A DNA stretch of 60,000 bases, from assembly GCF_018350175.1 (NCBI RefSeq), contig NC_058369.1, forward strand, positions 13,766,001-13,826,000. Reading direction: 5' to 3'. This document shows, in pieces, positions 50,512-60,000 of this stretch (position 1 is the stretch's first letter; each line of letters starts with the position of its first letter). Source of the DNA: Felis catus. Taxonomy: Eukaryota. The notes under the pieces are model-generated. The model saw only the letters and a program-made list of their open reading frames with translations, did no database searches and was not told the DNA's origin. A program made the position numbers and the translations under genes.

Positions 50512-52689
50512 CTCACCACAATTTCTTTTTAAAAGGCTCCAAGAGGTCCCAGGTAAAGACTCTCGCTGATTGGTTGGAGCACTCCCAAGGCCTCCCTTGA
50601 CCATGGCCTGTCACAGGATGGAATCCCCCAGAGAAAACGCTTGTCCACGGAGTGGAGTGAAATCAGCGTGGAGTCAGCCCCCCGACACTGACCCTAGACA
50701 GGGGCTGGAGCTCGTCTACACCCACACAGGCCACTGTAGTCACAACTGCTTAGTCGGCTAGATGATGAAATTAACCCCAACTTCCTGCCGGGGCATCCCT
50801 TACCTCCACACCCTCCAGCTGCCCCATCACCCCAGCCTCCCTCCTGTGGCCAGCCTCTTAGATCTCACGCAGACTTCAGCAATCTCAGCCTCTTCCCGTA
50901 TGGTTCCAACTGCTCCGCTTCCCACGGCACCTCCTGCCCACAGCCCGCTGTGTTTCTCCCTCCCAGTAGTCATCGCCCATGGGCACCACTACCATGCTCT
51001 CAGTGGGCCTCCCCCATAGAGATGTGAGGGCCTCGGGGCATGCCTGGCTAGCCTGCCCACCACGAAGCCCCCGAGCCCAGAATGGCACCTGGCCTGCCTC
51101 GGCCCACCAGCAGATCCCAAGTCAGTCTGATAAAAAGAACATCAAAGCCACATGCACCTGTCCAAGTGAGGGTTGTGGTGGGCCGGTCCCCCCATCAGAA
51201 AGAGGTCTAGGGGCACAGGGAAAAGTAAGGGGAAGCCCCTTGTTATTCGGCCTTACACACTGGGGCTCCACTTGCCCAGACTGGATGATGGAGGAAACAG
51301 GGCCCGCACCTCCCATCCCTGGGGAACAGCATTCTCCTGGGGAGAGGGGCTTGGCCTCTTGAGACTGCCCTCATGTCACTCCCCAACAGCCACGAGCCGG
51401 CATGCAACCTGAAGGCAAAGATGGGGCCACCGCACCCAGAGCTCTGGGCCCGACTCCTCATACTCCGTTGGCAGAGGCCGCCAGCCTGGTGGGCTCAGCA
51501 GGCACCCTTGGGCCTGGTCAGAAGTCTCTCCGGAAGCTCAGCCAGCACCTCATGCCTCTCCTCTGCTGTGCGGCCCCTGCCCACTGCCCGCTCCACCATC
51601 ACCACCTGCTGAGGCTGCCCAAGGCGGGATGGAGAAGAGGGACACGCAGAGGGGCCCAGCTCCCTCAACACAGTGGGGTCGGCTCCGTGGCAGGAAAACT
51701 GCTAAAAAATCTGGGGAAAGTCATTTCCTCATTTAAAAAAGAAACCCTTAACGATAGAGACAAACGAGTGGATATTTTAAATTCTTAAAGGCCTCACATT
51801 CTCAGGTCATTTGTGGTACACTGACACATGCATATACACAGGGGGGCGGAATGGACTGGACACAATGGAATGACAGGACCATCTGACCCAGCTGCTCACT
51901 ACTATCTCAGGTGACGCTTCAACCCAGGGAAACTGAGGCTCAAGAGGAAGCCTGGATTCCCAGGCTGTTAACAGGAGCCAGCTAGAGCCAGTCCACCTGA
52001 CCCCAACTCCCGCTCCTCAGCATCCTTGGAGGGAGGCACCTTCTTATTAAGACACCTTCCCTACATGTCTAAGATGGACACGGGGACAGCAAGGCAAACA
52101 GTGAGGCGCTGACACCCACTGACAGCCTGAGGTAGGAGCAGAGTTAGCTGGAAGGGCACACATTCAAGGAAGGTGTCCCCGGGTTGAGCCTCATTTTCCC
52201 CTTCTGAGGAACAGTGAGAACACTCGAAACAACCCAAAGGCGCAGTAGATTAACCACGGCCCCCAGTCAGAGGCAGTTCATTAACTCCTCAAAGACGGGG
52301 TAATCCAAGGCTACCTGTTCCACAGCACATTTGAGAATGCTGGGAAGTGGTAAGTGGGCACAAGGCCCTTGAGCCAACTTTCTCTAGGCTTTAGACAGCA
52401 TCACCTGTCCTCCATCCAGCCTTGGCTCCCCCAGTATCCAGAGCACCCACTCTCCAGAAACTGGTCAACACCAGCACAATAAGGGAAACCTGGCATGCAG
52501 CTACCCCTGAGCAAAGAACATAATCCAAGAACTGGGACCAAAAAAAAAAAAAAAAAACCAAAAAAAAAGGCTGCTGGCTTCCAGAGCTGCCACATCAGTT
52601 CAAAACACCTTCCACACCTTCCAATCACACTCAGGACATTTAAAAAAAATCACGTGACATCCACATCTGGGTACAAAAGCGGCAACCCA

Positions 52690-52882
52690 GGGGCACCTGC
52701 GTGGCTCAATCGGTTAAGCATCCAACTTCAGCTCAGGTCACCATCTCACAGTTGGTGAGTTCAAGCCCTGCATCGGGCTCTCTGCTGTCAGTGCAGACTC
52801 CACTTTGAATCCTCTGTCTCCCTCTCTCTCTGACCCTCCCCTGCTCATTCTCTCTCTCTCTCTCTCTAATAAATAAACATTA
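52690..52882 (+). mobile_element. Can-SINE (older copy)
   Basis: ggggcacctgcgtggctcaatcggttaagcatcc..., CT tract and aataaataaacatt tail. Confidence 0.92.
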
Positions 52883-52899
52883 AAAAAAACAAACAAAGC

Positions 52900-53160
52900 G
52901 GGGCGCCTGGGTGGCGCAGTCGGTTAAGCGTCCGACTTCAGCCAGGTCACAATCTTGCGGTCCGTGAGTTCGAGCCCCGCGTCGGGCTCTGGGCTGATGG
53001 CTCAGAGCCTGGAGCCTGTTTCCGTTTCTGTGTCTCCCTCTCTCTCTGCCCCTCGCCCGTTCATGCTCTGTCTCTCTCTGTCCCAAAAATAAATAAATGT
53101 TGAAAAAAAAATTAAAAAAAAAATAATAAAATATAAATAAATAAAAAATAAAAAATAAAT
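52900..53160 (+). mobile_element. Young felid SINEC_Fc-type insertion
   Basis: ggggcgcctgggtggcgcagtcggttaagcgtccgacttcagccaggtcac with most CpGs intact; perfect 17-bp TSD aaaaaaacaaacaaagc at 52883-52899 and 53161-53177. Confidence 0.95.
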
Positions 53161-53513
53161 AAAAAAACAAACAAAGCACAGTAGCTCCTCGTTCTCTCTT
53201 TAAAAGCAACCCAGAAAGATGTAGGCTCTGCAGCCAACACCAACAGGGCAGCGTATATGCATCTGCCACCTTAGCCCTCGACGTTAATGACAATGATATG
53301 CACCCACCACAGACCTGCAGCAGCCCTTGGATCAGCCACTCTTATCCTTCCTCCGGCCCAGAATCACTCCAGAGGCGACCGTCAACATCTTTTCAAGCCA
53401 CACATAACCTGACTCTCACAAACCCAGCGCAGGCATCACAATAAAGCTGAGCGCATGACGATGTTTCTGCCACCCGGCAGAAATCGGGAAACGTTAGAAA
53501 CGTCCACCTCCCA

Positions 53514-53746
53514 GGGGCGCCTGGGTGGCTCAGTCGGTTAAGCGTCCGACTTCGGCTCAGGTCACTATCTCATGGTCCGTGAGTTCGAGCCCCGCATCGG
53601 GCTCTGGGCTGATGGCTCAGAGCCTGGAGCCTGCTTCCGATTCTGTGTCTCCCTCTCTCTCTGCCCCTCCCCCATTCATGTTCTGTCTCTCTCTGTCTCA
53701 AAAATAAATAAAAACGTTAAAAAAAAAATTAAAAAAAAAAAAAAAA
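53514..53746 (+). mobile_element. Young felid SINEC_Fc-type insertion
   Basis: Near-consensus body and long A tail; perfect 17-bp TSD agaaacgtccacctccc at 53496-53512 and 53747-53763. Confidence 0.95.
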
Positions 53747-54432
53747 AGAAACGTCCACCTCCCCAGCTAGCCACGGCTGGCTGCCCAAATACTTCCCACA
53801 TCTGTCCTGTTGCCCGTTCCCCTGTGCCACCCCGGCTCAGGCCCTTAGAACCTCCATTCCATCCCCGGCCTCTCGCCTCTAGCCCTGCTGTCCCTGACCA
53901 TCCACTCCCACAGCCCAGACCACATCTCTCCCAAGCCTCGATTTCAACATGCAAAAGTTGTACCACTCAGCCACACGCAGCCTCAGGCTCCACTCTGCTG
54001 TGCAGGCACACCAGGGGTGCCCCTCACTGCACTTCAGCGCTTCTGCACAGCCCTCAGCAGGGGACAGCAGACAGGGCTCCCAGCACACAGGAATCCCCAG
54101 GATCGGTGTGGTGCCCCAAACACGGTACCCGAGGAATACTGATCCGTTAGGGTGCACACAGCAAGGGAGATGCAGTCACTACAAAGTAAAGCCTACAGCC
54201 ACGTTGAATAACACAGCTAATATAGTGTCGGGAAGAAACAAGATCTAATATCTTAAGAGGACATCACTATGATGATGAGGTGCCCAGACGCAAGACAGAG
54301 GAAGGCACCAAGGTGTCAACAACAGAGATGGCCTTGGCCCATGGGAACAGGAAGTCGCTCCGTTCAGATATTTTGCAAGTTTTCTATGCTGAGCTATACT
54401 CCTTTTATACTGAACTTTTCAACTTGTGTTAC

Positions 54433-54656
54433 TTTTTTTTTTTTATGTTGTATTTATTTTTGAAAGAGAGACAAAGAGAGGGCACACGTGTGAGCAGGGG
54501 AGAAAGGGGGGCCGAGAGAGAGAAGGGGTCAGAGGATCCAAAGCGGGCTCTGCACTGACAGCAGCGAGCTCAGTATGGGGCTTGAACTCACAAACCTCGA
54601 GATCATGACCTGCGTCGAAGACGGCCGCTCAACCAACTGAGCCATCCAGGTGTCCC
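54433..54656 (-). mobile_element. Can-SINE
   Basis: Reverse-complement SINE; TSD tcaac(tt/ac)gtgttactttt. Confidence 0.9.
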
Positions 54657-57241
54657 TCAACACGTGTTACTTTTAAATAGGAGTTCCATGACCCCATGAA
54701 CTTGACAAACATGAGAGGCCCCCTCCCCTCCAGAAGGGCTGCAGGGAGTCACCAACATGCCCTGACCTGGTGACTCAGCCAAGAAAGAGCTGCATCACAA
54801 TGGCCAGGGAGGGACCTAGACCAGAGAATATAATTAGCATCAGACTCCAATGCAGCCACTTGGTGTGGAGACAGGAGGTCTCTCACTGGATGGTTAATTT
54901 GGACACCAGCTTTTCTGTTAAAAAGTAAAGTGATAAAACAACTACATACTATAGTTGTCTGTCACTCACTGCACCTACAGGTCAGAGGTCACTTGGGGGG
55001 ACTGTTCTCAAAAGCATCCCTTTGGGCACTTGGTTGACTGTGGAGCGGCCACATATCACCGGAGGTAAGATCTCAGACAACTCCAGGTTGTGCTCGTCAC
55101 AGACCCAAGAGAAACTCATAAAGACAGGGGCAGGGGAGCAAGGCCCTAAAAATGAAGGACTCAAAGGAGGCCAAACCCCACAGGCATGGATTGGCAGCCT
55201 GGGCCTGGCCAGGCTGCATCAGGCAGGGCTGCTGCCACATGAGAAGGAGACTTCCTGAAACCAGCGTCTGCTCCAGAACCAGTTACTCGGAACAGGGGAA
55301 GCAGTGTTATTGTCAAAGACACTCCAGAGATGTCACAATCTGGCTATGATGTCAAAACTACTTCAAGGGTGATGAACTCTGGCCTTGCGATGAGTCAACA
55401 GAGGGTGGGTTTCTGCCAAGCAGCCTGCTGTTTACACACAATCACCACAGTCACCGTGGTGGTGGTGGCAGGAACAGCGCGCAAGCCAGAAGCCTAGTCA
55501 AGGGTCACAGTGGCCGAGGCGGGGCCCGGCCCCTCCCCACAATCTCACTGGCCGCCCGCAGAAACTTCTATCCCTTGCCCCCACACCCTGGGTCATTCAC
55601 ACATCCTGTCACAGCACCTATGAGACAAGAGCCTTCTAGGAAGGATTCACCCACCCACAACTATCAAGAGCGTACTTTGAAATACACAAGTAAACTGAAC
55701 CCCTACAGCCAGAGGGCAGGAGACAGGAAGCGGTGCTCGGGACACCAACAGGCCGGCCCGATCCACCTGGCCCGGCCTGCCAGGCCACCTCCCTTCAGAG
55801 GGGGCAGAGCTTGGAGCCATCCCAAGCTGGTTCTCAGCCCCATCCCAGTTGGGAAATTCCTTCCGGTGACTTGACCTCCTCCGTTCCCATTTCCTCACCT
55901 GACAAGTGGGAACCACTCCCCGCCACAGGCCTGACAGATGGGGGTGAGATAAAGTAACGTGTGCAGCTCGGGCCAGCGCTGGCGTGTGGCCGGTGAGCCA
56001 CAGGTGTTGGTTGTCACCATCTTTAGGCTTTCTCAGGGCAGGGGGCACAGTACAGTCACAGTGACAACCTCAGGAATTCGCATGGCCATTCATGTCACCC
56101 GTGCTTGCAGGAGTCCAGAGCGCTGGCATTTAACTAGAACTGGAGACCGTGGTGGGATCCCCTTTCATAGTTGCATCCCAGTGGCTCAAACTCCCTCCCA
56201 ACTCAAGAGGCAGCCTGGGCCAGAGGACAATCCAAGTGATCTTGGGCAGGTGGCCGATGACCCTCTGGGTGCCAACGGCCCTCAAAGGCATAGTGGGAAC
56301 AATCAGCTAGCCTTCCAGCCAAGGTTGTCAAGAAGATGACAGGAGCCTGGACAAAGGACTTAGAGGGGCCTGGCCCATAGCCAAGAGGGGCAGCACCAGC
56401 TATTTCTGAAGACGGCTGGTCTGAAAAGCAGACAGAGCTGGCAAGAAGCTGTCCTGCTTAGGGCTAGGTGGGCACCCCCAGAAAGGGGAGACAAGCTTAC
56501 TTCCCGGGGCCTCGCTGTGGGAGGGGAACAGAGGCTAAATTAAGGCTCCTCCTGCCACCAGTGCCCGAGCTGACATCCACACAGCCGCCCCCTTAGCAGC
56601 AGGCGAGCAGCCCCCAGCACAGCTCTAGAACAGTCATGGAGTATTTGCGGCAGGCCTCCTGCATGTCCTCTCCCCACACACCCTTCCCCAGGACAGAGCC
56701 CTGGCAGCTGTCCTCCATGCCCCAACACCCTCCCCAGTCTCTTGTGTCTCAAGGCTTGAAGGCAGCGTGCCTGGAACCCCCAGCCCTCCCTACACAGGAT
56801 CCCTCACCCAGAGACCTCAGCCCTGGCATCACCTCGAAGCACCTCTCTCAATCAGCACCCTTTTACACCACCCCACAGCATCACATCATCCCATTTTATT
56901 TCCTTCCTACTGCTGGCGGCTGTCAAGTTCTTTGTGCCCATTTCTGTGCTGTCTTGTTCACTATTATATGCCTCCTGCCTCCAGAATGTCAGCTCATGAC
57001 ACTAGAGGCCCATCTCGGTCACTTCGGAACATACAGCCCCTGAGCAGTAGCCCTGTGCAAACCAGCTGCTCAATCAGATTTGGGTGGATGCAGGAACCCA
57101 GGCTCCCTGCCTCCCACAAAGTCTATTCAAACCTCCAGGTGGGAACCAGCTCTGGGTACAAGTACCAAGTGCTGAGAACAGGGAGGAGGGAGGTTAGGGG
57201 TGTTAGGGCTGCACTGATGGCCACACACATGTCAACAGAAT

Positions 57242-57625
57242 CCTCACAGCCTGAAGAGAAGAAGGAGCCAGAGCTGAGAGAGGGCAGGGCACTGGGACCC
57301 TCACAGCCCTGACAGAAGGATCTGGAACTGGGAGGGGTTGGGTACTGGGACCCTCACAGTCTTGAGGAGAAAGATCTAGAGCTCAGACATGGCCAGACAC
57401 TAGGAACCTCCCAGCTAAGAGAAGAAGAATCCAGAGCTCAAAAAAGAGTCGGGCAGTAGGACCTTGCAACCCTGCAAGAAGAAAGAGTGAGAGCTGGGAA
57501 GGGTCAGATACTGGAATATGCACAGTCCTGAGGACAAGAAGGATCCAGAGCTGGGAGAGGATCAGGCACCGGAATCCTCATAGCCCCAAAGGGGAGGAAT
57601 CTTGACTGGGAGGGGTCACTCACTA
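57242..57625. repeat. Degenerate minisatellite, ~56-bp unit x ~7
   Basis: Unit starts at 57244, 57301, 57354, 57409, 57464, 57520 and 57578. Approximate consensus TCACAGCCCTGAGGAGAAGAAGGATCCAGAGCTGGGAGAGGGTCAGGCACTGGGACCC. Confidence 0.85.
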
Positions 57626-60000
57626 GCCCAAGGCCTCAAGCGGGTAGAACCAAGATTCAAACTCAGATAGACTACAATCTTCAGGCATCTGGAGCCCCTC
57701 CCTGGGTCCTCAATTTTTCCTTAACGACAATATGCTCCTCTCCACCAAGGAGCTTATAAACCAGGAGAGAAGGTCACCCAGCAACAGAAATACCCAGGTG
57801 GTTGAGGCAGGTGCCCCAAGGAGGGTCACTTCCTCAGAGTGGCCAGGGAACACTTCTCTAAGCCGGTGCATGATGCTATCTTGGAAGGATGGATCTATAC
57901 CTCCGCCCTCTTCTCTCCCAGAAGTAGCCCCCAGTGAAATGGGAGATCTACAGGCATAGCTGCCTCGGGACTCACTCGAGTTTTTATATTCAAGAAGAAG
58001 CTTCACGAAGCCTAAGTCTAGACGGTGGCAGCCGTGTATATTACCTTCTGCTACATTCCAGACTGGCCACTAGGTCTACACAAAGGCAGCTCACACTCCA
58101 CACCCCTCTGGAGAGAGAAACCATGGGGGACTTCTATACTCAGGCTCCTCCAACAGCTAGGATTACAGGCTCTCTTTGGCCAGAGAGAAAATTTCGCAGT
58201 AACTTCCTCTCCAGTCCCCTGCCACATCTGAGTCTGTGAAAGTCTCTTTGCAATTAAAAGTAAAAATAAAAACCCTCTCCACAAGTTGCTATTGACAAAC
58301 CATATAATAACCACAGTGCTACAGAATAGAAAACTCCAGACACTATTGACAACTGCACATAAGAGGTTTTGTTAGTAACCCCTACACTTCTCCGGTCGCA
58401 CAGACCAGTTCTTCAAGTCACCGTCCCCATGCCCACCACCCAAAAGCACCCAAGCCGCCCTGATTTTAGCTCAATCCTCTACAATGCCCAACAAGTAATA
58501 TTAAATATGAAATTGCCAAGTAACTTAAATTATCAGTCAGCTTCCGAGAAAAACTCAAATTTGGGTCACCCTCAAAGTTTAGTCCAGCTGGCCTAGATGC
58601 CCCAACTGGCTTGGAGAAGTTCTTTGAGGGAGCCCCTCCTGGCTGATCAACACTGTCATACACAGTGTGCTTCGAAGCTGTGCTTCGAGGGGGATGAGCT
58701 AGAGTCTGTAGTTACCTTCACCCTCACATGAGGAAGATCCAGCTTGCTTAGGGGATGTAACCAACACCCTAAATTAAAAATAGCAGTATGACAGCATGAG
58801 GTGGACACATAGGCAGACCTTCCGGACAACTAGATCAAGCAAGGGCAGCATGGCAGGGAAGGCGGGGCTCTTAAGTGACCAGGTACCAAGTTCACCTTAT
58901 TTACATGACTCATGAGCTCTCCCCCAGCTGTTTCGAGGAAAGCCCGCCTTCCTGCAGGACAAGTCAGAACTGCCTAGGGAAAAAGACTCCAGACTGGAAT
59001 GCCACAAGGAAAGGAGACTTAAGCTGGACACAGTGTCCCCACCACCTCCTCCTCCTCACCTGCAAGGGCACCTTAGCCTCATCTTGAGGAATCCTTTTGA
59101 CAAGGGGAGAACTCGCTCTTCTAAAAAAAAGAGACCTCTTCTGTGAATGGGAAACTGTGACACCAGGACAGGAAGGAAACTGCCCCCCAAAAAAAAAAAA
59201 AAAAAAAAAGTGGGAAGAAGCACGGGAAGGGTGGGCACCAGGAAAGTGGTGGGAACGTTAACAGGGGAAGAAATTCCCGGCTTAGCTAATGGTGCTGAAC
59301 AAGTCTGGGGCAGGAAGAAAGCCACATTCCTTCCTAGTTAGTCTCTCTCCTCACCCGCCCTCGGCCCCCCCATTCCCAGTATACACAAACACACACACAC
59401 ACACACATGCACACATGGAGCAGGGCCTCCACGAGCCGGACACCAGACCCCTCCCCAGCCACTTTATGACTGCAAAGTCCCCACTTTCCAGGCAAGAGGA
59501 AAAGGGCTCCCAAGCCACTTCTCCTCCTCAGGTCCTGACCAGGCCGGGCACCTGCAACTTCTGTCCCAACACAGACGGAGGGCGCCATGACGCAAACAGA
59601 AATGGGAAGAAGCAAGTTTCTGATCAGGGTCCCAGATGTGCCCCCAGATCGGGCCTGAAAGAAGGTGCACTGCAGCCTCCCCCCAACCCACGCACACTGA
59701 GCCAGGTGGCAGAAGTGAAACGCCTCTAACTTCCCCAGATGGGCCCAAATCAGCCCCTGAGAAGTTTGAGAGTCAGCAGCTAGGTGCCCACAAAGGGCTC
59801 CCAGCCTGGGAAAGGCACCATGCCAGCGACCCCCCACATACACACCTTCTTCCCCCCCAAAACATTCCCACTCTCTAAAAACGTCCAGTAAGGCAGGGTC
59901 ACCTGCGAGGAGTAGGGGAGTTGGAAACAAGCTGTCAGTTTCTGCCCAAACGCCCCTTCCCAAGAACCAACAGTGAGCCCAATTCCAAGGGCTCCATTGG

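Larger units (their letters stand above)
1..60000 (-). other. ELL: ELL gene body (part of intron 1 through part of intron 5); gene extends beyond both window edges
   Basis: Four minus-strand exons splice in frame to a peptide matching the ELL N-terminal region as recalled. No exon 1 (MAALKE...) or exon 6 (VANMSAKDG...) sequence is visible in the window. Confidence 0.93.

Noticed and set aside
53525..53707. Recurrent short ORFs of the MAQSVKRPTSAQV... type across the window
   Set aside because: They are translations of Can-SINE bodies, not a gene family.
57242..57625. CRISPR-like periodic array
   Set aside because: The context is mammalian, the units are similar along their whole length with no unique spacers, and there are no cas genes.
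57700..60000. ELL exon 1 or promoter CpG island
   Set aside because: No MAALKE-like ORF and no CpG-island density are present before position 60000.

Overview
This is mammalian genomic DNA from a carnivore, almost certainly a felid given the dense felid-type Can-SINEs. The whole window lies inside the ELL gene (RNA polymerase II elongation factor ELL) on the minus strand. Coding exons 2-5 are present with canonical GT-AG boundaries at 13354-13401, 6287-6408, 5706-5869 and 3328-3602, and they splice into one open frame. Exon numbers are inferred from the human gene as I recall it. Positions 13402-60000 are the large first intron. Exon 1 and the promoter lie beyond the right edge, and exon 6 onward beyond the left edge. 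The introns hold about 24 Can-SINEs, 2 short tRNA-like SINEs, old L1 fragments, MLT1/MLT2 LTRs, DNA transposon relics (MER20, MER58A, Tigger2a), MIRs and microsatellites. I found no evidence for a novel multi-gene system. The features most worth following up are small-scale. They include a degenerate ~56-bp x7 minisatellite near the 5' end of intron 1, a near-consensus CTCF site with a convergent partner bracketing exon 2, and an unexplained 45-nt diverged direct repeat upstream of exon 2. Also notable are inverted SINEs flanking the in-frame-skippable exon 2, a four-SINE head-to-tail array, and two very young SINE insertions with perfect target-site duplications. Repeat family names come from recalled consensus sequences, not from a search.
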